Source: an uncultured virus (IMG/VR IMGVR_UViG_3300008117_000469)
Lineage: Duplodnaviria > Heunggongvirae > Uroviricota > Caudoviricetes
Direction: 5' to 3' (one strand)
IMG/VR virus record: IMGVR_UViG_3300008117_000469
DNA length: 64,000 nucleotides
Shown here: positions 53,753-62,433 of the stretch, piece by piece
Numbering within the stretch: the first letter of the stretch is position 1
Layout: each line of letters begins with the position of its first letter
Made by a program: the position numbers and the translations under genes
Notes under the pieces: generated by a model
The model's database searches: none
What the model was told of the DNA's origin: nothing
Seen by the model: only the letters and a program-made list of their open reading frames with translations

Positions 53753-54187
53753 TTAGAATATTGGACATGTACCATTGGCACACAATATTTCTGTAAGGAT
53801 TGAATTTACTTTTGCAAATTTATTTTCGGGTAAATGTTCTTTTCCTTCTTTTACCAAATGCATATATGAACCTGGGTTTGAAGGGGTGGAAACAAAATCC
53901 CAACACAATAATTCAAAATCATCTTGTACTTCTAATGTTTCACCAATTTGTTTTAATGAACCCATTCCACGAGATGATACACCTACTGTTACATTATTTT
54001 CAATAAGTGCTTTTAAAATATTACCTGATACTGTAGGGAGAATTTCTAATTTACCTAATACTTTTTTAACTTCTGCTGTTGCAAGTATTCCTTCAACTAA
54101 AGGATTACCAGAAGGTGCTTTTAAACCTTCAGTTAGTTGTATAGGAGCAACTGAAAACGGGATTGTTTCAATTAATACTTGTTTCAT
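53753..54187 (-). CDS. prohead protease (T4 gp21-like) with an apparent in-frame internal deletion
   Basis: GVSSRGMGS and WDFVSTPS are present, but the NxNGRxY...GELDHP segment expected between AEVK and KVLG is absent. Confidence 0.8.
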   Translation of the reverse strand: MKQVLIETIPFSVAPIQLTEGLKAPSGNPLVEGILATAEVKKVLGKLEILPTVSGNILKALIENNVTVGVSSRGMGSLKQIGETLEVQDDFELLCWDFVSTPSNPGSYMHLVKEGKEHLPENKFAKVNSILTEILCANGTCPIF

Positions 54188-54190
54188 AAT

Positions 54191-54796
54191 TTATTTTTTA
54201 TCTAAATCGCCGTAGCCGCTTGATTTGTACTTTCCTTTTGGAGCTTTAGGTTCACCCATACCAACAGAATCTTTAGTATAACCAATACCTTTGACACCAA
54301 ATGAAGCATTTGTGTGGTAATAGTTAATATCTTTGGCCATGTTTTTAGCTACAATAGCTTTTAATTCATCTACAGTTTTATTGGCATTTTTTTCATCCCA
54401 CATTTCAGTTAAATAACCTAATAAGAATGATTGACCATATAAATTGTCAATGTTTTTAGGATCTTTATTGTCAAACTGATTGGCTAAATCTTTAGCTACA
54501 TCTTTATCAATTTTTTCAAATGTATTTTGATCACCGTATTCTTTTTTATCCTTAACACCAACTGCTTCAGCAATATTGTCGTTAAAAATTTTAAACCAGT
54601 CTTTTCTACCAGTAGTTACACCACCCATTCCTTCTGAAAGGATACTTTTGTGTTTTAGAATAGTAACTGCTGTATTATAATCTGTTAAAGAAGTAATATA
54701 TTCAGGAAATACACGACGAGCACTTTTTAAAAAGTAATCTTTATTTCCTTTACCTTCTTTAATAAGGTCGTATTGTTGTTGTAATGTCTTTTCCAT
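54191..54796 (-). CDS. hypothetical head-module protein
   Basis: ORF track; late motif 3 nt upstream of ATG. Confidence 0.75.
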   Translation of the reverse strand: MEKTLQQQYDLIKEGKGNKDYFLKSARRVFPEYITSLTDYNTAVTILKHKSILSEGMGGVTTGRKDWFKIFNDNIAEAVGVKDKKEYGDQNTFEKIDKDVAKDLANQFDNKDPKNIDNLYGQSFLLGYLTEMWDEKNANKTVDELKAIVAKNMAKDINYYHTNASFGVKGIGYTKDSVGMGEPKAPKGKYKSSGYGDLDKK

Positions 54797-54807
54797 GTTT
54801 ATAAATA

Positions 54808-55029
54808 TTAAGAATAGAAAATCACTGGTCCGCCTGTAAAGGAAGCACTAGTTACTGTTAATGGAACTGTTACTCCTGATGGGAATGTAAGAGCTCCTAA
54901 ATTGTTTCCTTGTCCATCTACTAATGCAGAGAATGTTACTGCAGCATTAGCAACTGTGAAACCAGCATAAGATCCAGTAATAGAAGCAGTAGCTTTAACA
55001 GCGGATGAATTTGAAGGTATATTTGCCAT
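54808..55029 (-). CDS. small Ser/Thr/Ala-rich virion protein
   Basis: ORF track; contains TAS, TGS and SAS motifs. Confidence 0.7.
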   Translation of the reverse strand: MANIPSNSSAVKATASITGSYAGFTVANAAVTFSALVDGQGNNLGALTFPSGVTVPLTVTSASFTGGPVIFYS

Positions 55030-55030
55030 T

Positions 55031-55888
55031 TTATTGTTTTTTAAATAAGTCTATTAAATCGTTTAAATAATCATTTGCTAAATCAGTTCCATATACTACA
55101 GCAAATGAATTTGGATTTGCTCTGTAGTAATCCATAGTTTCATGTTTTGCTGATTGTAATAGGGGGATTAGAGCATTTAATTTTTCTTCTAAAGTATCAA
55201 ATCCTTCTAGTCGACTTGATATAAATTTTCTTCTATCAGGATCTACAATATTCATTCCATTTAGAAAATCTTCAGTATCTGTAGCTTCCCAAAGTTGTTT
55301 AACTTCAATACCTTTTGCTTTTTGATTTAAAGCTTTTTGATTAACTAATTTGTATTTAAAGTCTTTAACATAAATATTATCTTTTACACCTTCAGGACCT
55401 GCTGATGGGCCAGGACCAAATGTTGCTCCGGGACCTTCTGTTACCTTTTTATATCCAACTTGTTTATATGCTCCATAAGTTGAACCTTTTGGTGATGGAC
55501 CTGAATGGTTTTCACCTTCTCCTCCTGATACAAATCCTGAATTTGATGAAATGGTATTCATTTCTGCTACCATTTTAATTCTTGCATAGTCTTCAGGATA
55601 ATTTTTTCGTACATGAGTACGAAGTTCATTAAAAGTTGATGTTAATTCTTGTTGGATTTTCTGCATTGTAGCATCTTGTCTGAGATCTTTACTTCTAGAC
55701 AATTTATCCATAAATTCTTTTGCTTTTTTTAAGTTTTTAAATACACTTTCAAAATCAGGAATTTCTTCAATATCCCAAGTAATACGTCCAGTTTCAGGAT
55801 CAATATCGGTAACTGTAGATTTTGTACCTTTGTTGTAATCTACGTCACCAACTTCTAATTCCTTTAATTTGTATTTAAATTTACCCAT
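55031..55888 (-). CDS. hypothetical head-module protein
   Basis: ORF track; ATG start MGKFKY at 55888. Confidence 0.75.
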   Translation of the reverse strand: MGKFKYKLKELEVGDVDYNKGTKSTVTDIDPETGRITWDIEEIPDFESVFKNLKKAKEFMDKLSRSKDLRQDATMQKIQQELTSTFNELRTHVRKNYPEDYARIKMVAEMNTISSNSGFVSGGEGENHSGPSPKGSTYGAYKQVGYKKVTEGPGATFGPGPSAGPEGVKDNIYVKDFKYKLVNQKALNQKAKGIEVKQLWEATDTEDFLNGMNIVDPDRRKFISSRLEGFDTLEEKLNALIPLLQSAKHETMDYYRANPNSFAVVYGTDLANDYLNDLIDLFKKQ

Positions 55889-56700
55889 TTGATTCAATAA
55901 GTTCTTCTAATAATGCAAAATATTGTAACAAATTAACTAATTCCTCATCGCCAACATTTGATGTTTTACCTAAAGGTGATAACATGTTATTAACTTCATT
56001 CAATTTGATTTGAACAGCTTTGTCTTTGATTTGAGGGGTAATTTTATTTAATTCTTCTTTAATTTGTTGAATCTTAGAGTTATAAAACTCTCTTAGTTTT
56101 GGAGTTGAATCAACAGAATTAATGAATTCTTTTAAAACAGTTTTTTGGTTGTCATTTAATGAAGCATATTTTCCATTAAATTTTTCTAATAATACTTTAT
56201 ATGTTAAAATACGTAAATCTTTATCATTGTTTATCAACTTGTTTGGTTGTTAAACTTTCTAAAATAGCAATTTTATTTGAAATAATTTGATCGGGATTTG
56301 ATAAATTTTCGCTATTATAAATTTCTAACAGTGTGTATAAAGCAGCGTGAGTTTTATAATTTGGAAGTTTAGTCTTAAAAAATTCTTCTAAATTGTAATA
56401 TTCAGAAATTTCTTTAATTAAATTATATTTTTGTCTTTTTAAGGTACCTCTATTTAGGTTTTTAGACGATTCAATAACTGAATTAACTACAACTTCTGCT
56501 TTGCCTTCTGTAAGGTTTTTATGCTTGGATAGAGTTTCGTATAATTTATACTCTCTTCCTAATTCTGTTTTTACAAAATATTTTTTTAGAATATTGGTAG
56601 CTTTTGAATCTTTCCCAGACAGAGTATCCGAAGTAATCTGCCTTACTAAAAGTTCAAATAGAATTCCAGTATTCTTATACTTAGAATGTTTTATATTCAT
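55881..56700 (-). CDS. conserved portal-adjacent protein split into two ORFs by a frame break near 56226
   Basis: 158-aa (MNIKHSKYKNTGILFELL) and 118-aa ORFs abut at ...gataaacaa|tgataaagat...; the second has only a TTG start. Confidence 0.6.
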
Positions 56701-56734
56701 CCCTATAGGTTTTATTATAAATATATAAAGATTT

Positions 56735-58636
56735 TTATTCTCTTATTTGACTTTCATCTAATAATGAATCTTTCGGTTTATCTTCAGTAAGTGAAATCTT
56801 CTTGGTAATACTTTCAATTAATGTTTTATTTTTGAGATAAACTTGTTTTGCTTCTAATGCCATTGGCGAATCACCTTTATATTGAGGTTTGATAGAATCT
56901 GATTCGTTATCATCTTTTTTCATACCTTTAGCACCTAATCTATCCTTACCAAAATTATCATCTTGAGTATTGCGAGTAGTTGATTTTTCTTCAGGACGAC
57001 CCATTTTTAAATCATCTCCGTATCCTACGGGAACATTATCCGGTTCAGAATACATTCTACCTTTACCATACAATGAAGCTAAATCATGTGGTGTACCATA
57101 AGAACGACCTGTTACTTTAGGATCATTTCCTTCTTCCATAATTTGATTATAACGGAAAGTACGTTTTTGATCTTCAGCTAATAAATCTCTATATTCATCG
57201 TACTGATCCTGGCTGAAGTTAAAGATATAATCATAAATCCAATCAGTAGGTAATAATTTAGTTTCCATAATTGATTTAGCTAAATCTACCTTTTGAGTCA
57301 TCAAAGCAATTTTTTCTTGCTCATAAATGATTGAAGGACCTGTTAAATCTAATTCAAAATCAGTTAATTCTTCACCGGTGTATCCTTGCGAATATAAATG
57401 CACCAATGCGATTTTATATAATTCTGATAGGACAATGCGTTGTATACGGTCAATAGTGCGAGCAAAACGTATATCTTCAGCGGCCAATGTTGCTTTACCT
57501 GTTAAATCTTTTTCATAACCCATAAATGCTTTTGGCACTTTAAGAGCAGCAAATAATTTATCACGTAAATAAGTAACATCTTGAATACCATCATATTGTA
57601 AACCAGGTGTAGTTTCAATTTTAGTTGATGTATCATTTCCACGGATTGGGATATAGAAGTCCTCAAGTAAGTTTTGCATATTATACTTAAGGTTATATTC
57701 ACCTGTTTGAGCATCCATTAATGGAGTACGTTTCATTGTAGAAATTGTTTTCTGCATGAAATTTTCTACTTCGTTAGGTGGAATTGAACCTACGTTAATA
57801 TAGAAAATACGACGATCTGGGCTGCGAGCAATTCTATGAATTAACATCGCATCTTCCATTAATGAATATTGTTTAAAAATACGACGAGCTGGTTCTAGAT
57901 ATGAACGACCATAAGGAAGATAATTAACATCTGTTAATAATCTAAAATGAGCCATTTCATAATTATCAAAATAAATTCCTGGTTGGTTATCGTTAAAAGA
58001 ACCTAAAGTAGGAGTACCATAATAACCTGATCCACCAGCATAAATACCTTCAGGTGAATATCTAAATCTTACAGCATTCGGATGTTCTTTATCATAATTT
58101 TCTTGTCTTTCAATATGGTATGCCGTATAAGGAATAACATTATAAACACCATATTTTTCAGCAATTTCCATTTTTAAGAAGAAATCCCCATATTTACACA
58201 TTTGGCGAATCCAAGACCAAAGATTAAATTCAATATTTAATACATCGTAAAATAAATTGTAAAGGATTTGTTGTACATCTTCATTATTTGATTTAATTTG
58301 AAGTACCTCACCCATATCATTTTTTAATGTACATTCATCTGAAATAATATCAAGGGCAGAAGCAATAATAGCATCATAATCCATATTATCATAGTCTGAA
58401 TAGACCATGGTTCTTAGGTATTGCCAGTTAATATTAATTTGGGAACCTAAAAGTGAAGTTGATGATGGAGAATAAAGACGATTATATCTATCCATTAATG
58501 AATTAGTAGCTATATCCCCGGATTGTTGGATAGAATCTACATCCATTACTTTTAATTCGTTTCCACCTGTATTTCGTATAATAACATCTGTTGAAAACAG
58601 TCGTTGTAATCGGGTGAATAAGCTAGTATCTGCCAT
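56735..58636 (-). CDS. portal protein (T4 gp20-like)
   Basis: ALDII.DE, MEDAMLI.RI.R.P.RRIFYI.VG..P, EDFYIP.RG, YL..KLF.AL.VP. Confidence 0.95.
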   Translation of the reverse strand: MADTSLFTRLQRLFSTDVIIRNTGGNELKVMDVDSIQQSGDIATNSLMDRYNRLYSPSSTSLLGSQININWQYLRTMVYSDYDNMDYDAIIASALDIISDECTLKNDMGEVLQIKSNNEDVQQILYNLFYDVLNIEFNLWSWIRQMCKYGDFFLKMEIAEKYGVYNVIPYTAYHIERQENYDKEHPNAVRFRYSPEGIYAGGSGYYGTPTLGSFNDNQPGIYFDNYEMAHFRLLTDVNYLPYGRSYLEPARRIFKQYSLMEDAMLIHRIARSPDRRIFYINVGSIPPNEVENFMQKTISTMKRTPLMDAQTGEYNLKYNMQNLLEDFYIPIRGNDTSTKIETTPGLQYDGIQDVTYLRDKLFAALKVPKAFMGYEKDLTGKATLAAEDIRFARTIDRIQRIVLSELYKIALVHLYSQGYTGEELTDFELDLTGPSIIYEQEKIALMTQKVDLAKSIMETKLLPTDWIYDYIFNFSQDQYDEYRDLLAEDQKRTFRYNQIMEEGNDPKVTGRSYGTPHDLASLYGKGRMYSEPDNVPVGYGDDLKMGRPEEKSTTRNTQDDNFGKDRLGAKGMKKDDNESDSIKPQYKGDSPMALEAKQVYLKNKTLIESITKKISLTEDKPKDSLLDESQIRE

Positions 58637-58664
58637 TATTATTTAATTCGTTTATATATAAATA

Positions 58665-60236
58665 TTATAATAACCATTTAATGTCCTCAAATCCATTATC
58701 TGTTTTAACAATATATGGATTTTTCGGAGCATTTTGGTTATAAGCACCAACATACGTACTTTTACTCATATTACCAAGCGTAGCTCGAGTCATATCATGA
58801 GATTGTTGTTGAAATTTTAAAGATGTGTCTCTTAAGAACATTCCTATACCAAAACTCATTACTAAGTCATCATTGTAACCAGTTTGAGCTTCGGGTCTAC
58901 CGTTTTTCCAAACGAATACTTTCATTTCTTCTAACAAACGTTTTGAACGAATTGTTACAGAACGATCACCCACATACTCTCTAAATTTATTTACAACTAA
59001 CGGTCTTGTTCTTAAAGACATTGTAAACCCAGGAGTCATATCAGAATTACCTTCAAATACTCTTAAATATGATTCGGCTGTTAATTGATCTGATTTGGGG
59101 GAATGATAAAGGTTACGATAACCTCTTTCAATGATAGCATCTAATGTTGCCCAACCAATTGAGGCATTTTCAACTACTAACATTGCATTATTATATTCGG
59201 AAGCTAAACCTACTAAGAAATAACCATATTCTTTAGGTGGAAGCTGTCCTTTGTATTCAGCAACTTGTGTATTAGTTGCTATATCAATTACATGACAAGC
59301 GGAAGAGTCTTTACCATCACCTCTGGCTACGTCTGCTACTATCATGTATTCTCTACTATAATCTGCAGGTTCCCATATCCATAAATTTTGGTCAGCTCCT
59401 CTTCGCTCTAATGGTTCTTTAATTGTTGTTTCTTTTATAAATTCTACCCATTCAGGATAAAATACTACATCACCTGATGTACTAAAATCGCAGTCACATT
59501 CTTGGGCTGCTAATCTAGGATCACCTAATAATTCATCTTGACGTTTTCTCCAAGCTTCATCTCGTTCAGGATGAACATACCAAGGTAATTTAATTGGTAA
59601 AAAATCATTTTCAGCTGATTCAGCTGATACCCATGTTTTGTGAAACCAGTTACCAGTACCGTAAGGAGTTGATAATACAATAGCACCACCACCTGTTGCT
59701 AAGGTTTGTTGTGCTGAGGCCCAAATTTCACCAATTTGTTCAATAAAAGCGGCCTCATCGACAATCAATAAAGATACTGCTTCTGATCGACCAGCATCAC
59801 TACTTGCTGAAGTTGCTTTAATTTGAGATCCATTTGATAATCGTAGTGATAGTTTATTATTTTCTTCAGCACCTATTTTCAACCACGAAGGTAAATTATC
59901 GAACATAAACTTAACTTTCGTAACCATGTTACGAGCAGTTTCCTGTTTAGTTGCGATACAAAGTACGTTTTTATCTTTATGAAATAACATTAACCATAAA
60001 GAATAACCTGCGGCTAGGGTTGATATACCTAACTGACGAGATTTTAATACAACAGAATATGGATTATCTCTAAATAAACGTAATGTTTTTTCTTGAAAAG
60101 GATATAAATTAAAAAGTACTCTGCCTCTTTGTGGATGTTGAATATGACAGTATTTTTTCATAAAGTGAGCAGGATCCTGTGCACACTTTAGATATTCTTC
60201 TCTAATTATCTGTCTTAAATCGGGTTGTTGACTCAT
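58665..60236 (-). CDS. terminase large subunit (gp17-like)
   Basis: LYPFQ, KSRQLGIST, LIVDEAAF, STPYG, QECDCDF, ADVARGDG.D, NDDLVM. Confidence 0.96.
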   Translation of the reverse strand: MSQQPDLRQIIREEYLKCAQDPAHFMKKYCHIQHPQRGRVLFNLYPFQEKTLRLFRDNPYSVVLKSRQLGISTLAAGYSLWLMLFHKDKNVLCIATKQETARNMVTKVKFMFDNLPSWLKIGAEENNKLSLRLSNGSQIKATSASSDAGRSEAVSLLIVDEAAFIEQIGEIWASAQQTLATGGGAIVLSTPYGTGNWFHKTWVSAESAENDFLPIKLPWYVHPERDEAWRKRQDELLGDPRLAAQECDCDFSTSGDVVFYPEWVEFIKETTIKEPLERRGADQNLWIWEPADYSREYMIVADVARGDGKDSSACHVIDIATNTQVAEYKGQLPPKEYGYFLVGLASEYNNAMLVVENASIGWATLDAIIERGYRNLYHSPKSDQLTAESYLRVFEGNSDMTPGFTMSLRTRPLVVNKFREYVGDRSVTIRSKRLLEEMKVFVWKNGRPEAQTGYNDDLVMSFGIGMFLRDTSLKFQQQSHDMTRATLGNMSKSTYVGAYNQNAPKNPYIVKTDNGFEDIKWLL

Positions 60237-60835
60237 TTACCTATTTTCCAATAGATACGGCCTGAGAGAACTGGTTGTAAGTTTTGGTTAATACCGACAC
60301 CCAAGCCATATGCTTGTTTCTTTTTATTTTTATACATCAATTCGGCACCAACATAATTAAGTTGATTTTTATTTCCTGCAACTCCTAAACCATAATAAAA
60401 TTCACGTTTGTTTTCATAAACGGTATTTGTAATAGTAGTAGTTGTAACAGGAATAGTAATTTTTTGAACATAACTACGAGACTCTATTTTATTTTTAGAA
60501 ATAACGTCATTTACTACTACATAACCTATAGTATCTAAAGATAAAGTATCAGAATATTTGTATTGAGCATAATATTCAAACAAAATTGCTGCAGTATCTG
60601 TGGGAATAGGGTATGGGATTAATTTAGGGATTTCTTTAGTTTTCCATTTTGGAACATAAACAGGAACTTCTTTTTCTATAGTAATATATTCTGTTTTAGT
60701 TTCAATTGTTGGTTTTGGTGGTTTTGGAGTTGAATTTTTTCCATTCCCAGAACAGTTTCTCATCAATAAAATTATAATGATGAGTACTACTATGAGTATA
60801 TTTTTTATATTTCCAAAAACCTTTTTGAAGTCCAT
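60233..60835 (-). CDS. membrane-anchored protein / possible lipoprotein (spanin-like candidate)
   Basis: N-terminal hydrophobic stretch ending LLMRNC; C-terminal amphipathic beta strands (GLGVG...RIYWKIGK). Confidence 0.55.
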   Translation of the reverse strand: MDFKKVFGNIKNILIVVLIIIILLMRNCSGNGKNSTPKPPKPTIETKTEYITIEKEVPVYVPKWKTKEIPKLIPYPIPTDTAAILFEYYAQYKYSDTLSLDTIGYVVVNDVISKNKIESRSYVQKITIPVTTTTITNTVYENKREFYYGLGVAGNKNQLNYVGAELMYKNKKKQAYGLGVGINQNLQPVLSGRIYWKIGK

Positions 60836-60836
60836 A

Positions 60837-61235
60837 TTATTCGTCTTCGTCGTCCATTGAAGGATTAATCATAGCTTCTAATTCTTTTTTAAGCTTAGTT
60901 AAACCCTTTAATTGATCAACATATTTTTGTTTTTCAGCACCTTCGGCTGATTTGTATTGATTTAATACTGATTTCATTTGTTTAACTACATCTGTGTATT
61001 TGGATTGTAGTTTAGCAATAGAAGCATTAGCAGCAATATCTTTAGCTGTTGGTTCTATATCATCCTCTTCTTCTTTCAATTCAACATCTATACCTTGAGC
61101 TGTCATTTTTTTGATATCTTGTGGAGGTGCGGCTTTAGACATTACTACGGTACCACGAGTTTTATCAACATCAATTTCTGTTAATTCAGATACAATAAGT
61201 TCTTTGATATATTCTTTAGCTTCTGATTTTTTCAT
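60837..61235 (-). CDS. hypothetical protein (MKKSE..E.IKE N-terminus)
   Basis: ORF track; late motif upstream. Confidence 0.75.
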   Translation of the reverse strand: MKKSEAKEYIKELIVSELTEIDVDKTRGTVVMSKAAPPQDIKKMTAQGIDVELKEEEDDIEPTAKDIAANASIAKLQSKYTDVVKQMKSVLNQYKSAEGAEKQKYVDQLKGLTKLKKELEAMINPSMDDEDE

Positions 61236-61259
61236 TGTAAAGTTATTTTGTTATAAATA

Positions 61260-61790
61260 TCACAAAGAAAGGGCAGATTTCACCTGTGCAATACGTTCTT
61301 CTGTAGAACCTTTAATATGTATTAAATTTTTAATTCTATGTTTATTAAAATCTAATTGGAATTTAATAATAGAGTCAATTGTTTCTCTGTATTGTAAATC
61401 TGTTTCACGAACTCCATTATCTTCCATATCAACTCCTTCAGGAGAAACATAAAATAAATAATCATATTCATGGAGCATAGTTTTAGCAAACTCACAAAAC
61501 TTTTCAGCATCATAATAATTCATTGATTTTGATGCTTTAGCAAATGCCATTACATCAATAATAGTACGATCTGTAATGATGTTTTCTTGCATTAATTCGC
61601 TTGCTCGTTCTGCTAAGAATACAGCTTGACCTTTAGTAGTTGAATCAGTGTTCAATGGAATACCTAATTCCATTAAATACTTTGAACGTTCTGTTCTAAA
61701 TGTATAATTTTCAAATTCAGGTAATTCTTTCAACGCATTAACTAACGTTGTTTTACCTACTGACATTGTTCCGCAAAAACCTATTTTCAT
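61260..61790 (-). CDS. P-loop nucleoside/nucleotide kinase (NadR/AAA_28-like)
   Basis: GTMSVGKTT, ITDRT..D, YD..FY, EDNGVR. Confidence 0.8.
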   Translation of the reverse strand: MKIGFCGTMSVGKTTLVNALKELPEFENYTFRTERSKYLMELGIPLNTDSTTKGQAVFLAERASELMQENIITDRTIIDVMAFAKASKSMNYYDAEKFCEFAKTMLHEYDYLFYVSPEGVDMEDNGVRETDLQYRETIDSIIKFQLDFNKHRIKNLIHIKGSTEERIAQVKSALSL

Positions 61791-62170
61791 AATTGTGCTG
61801 ATCCTGGTAATACTCTATAACTATCTTCTTCAAAATGTTTGGTTGATACTTCAAAAATTGTAGCTCCTTCTGTGAGTGCTTGTAATTGATGAGGTTGACC
61901 ACGTTCTAAATCTACAACATCTCCTTCAACAATCCTAACTGATTTAATTTTAGTTGTTTCTGTATCGATCCATCTGTATTCAAATTCTCCTTTAGCAACA
62001 TACCATGATTCTTCTTTAATTAAATGGTAGTGCATTGAAAATTTTTTATCTTTTTCAAATACGAGAAGTTTACCACAATAAGCATCGTGGTTTATGATCC
62101 AAAGCTCGTGACCCCATACTTTTTCATATCTATCTCCTTTACGAGGAATTGGTTCGTATTTGTGTCCCAT
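61787..62170 (-). CDS. cupin protein (sugar isomerase-like)
   Basis: K.WG.E.W, YCGKLL, SMHYH..KEESWYV..G, G..H, EVST.H...D.YR. Confidence 0.8.
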   Translation of the reverse strand: MGHKYEPIPRKGDRYEKVWGHELWIINHDAYCGKLLVFEKDKKFSMHYHLIKEESWYVAKGEFEYRWIDTETTKIKSVRIVEGDVVDLERGQPHQLQALTEGATIFEVSTKHFEEDSYRVLPGSAQL

Positions 62171-62171
62171 A

Positions 62172-62432
62172 TTAAAATCTATTTGTTTGTCCTTTCAATC
62201 CAGGGTTTTTATACCAAGGTAATCCTTCTCTTTCTTTGCGAGCTTGTTTCCACTCTTCTTCTGTTTTTTTAATACCATTAAGGTAATATTCACGTTTACG
62301 ATTTTCACCTTCAGGAATTAATGCTGGTCCATCCCAGTTATGAAGTTTGTTGTCGAAAACATACGCGATTGTACCATCAGCTTTTGTAAGCTTTTTAGAT
62401 GGTGTGTACTTGTGGTTTGATTTTTGTTCCAT
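62172..62432 (-). CDS. small protein with KLH..DGPA..EYYLNG motif
   Basis: ATG start MEQKSN at 62432, just after the stop of the oxidoreductase. Confidence 0.7.
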   Translation of the reverse strand: MEQKSNHKYTPSKKLTKADGTIAYVFDNKLHNWDGPALIPEGENRKREYYLNGIKKTEEEWKQARKEREGLPWYKNPGLKGQTNRF

Positions 62433-62433
62433 A

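Noticed and set aside
3080..62272. Short plus-strand ORFs overlapping nrdA, nrdB, helicase, recA, SSB, capsid, portal and other genes
   Set aside because: They lie antisense to well-supported genes and show no recognisable motifs.
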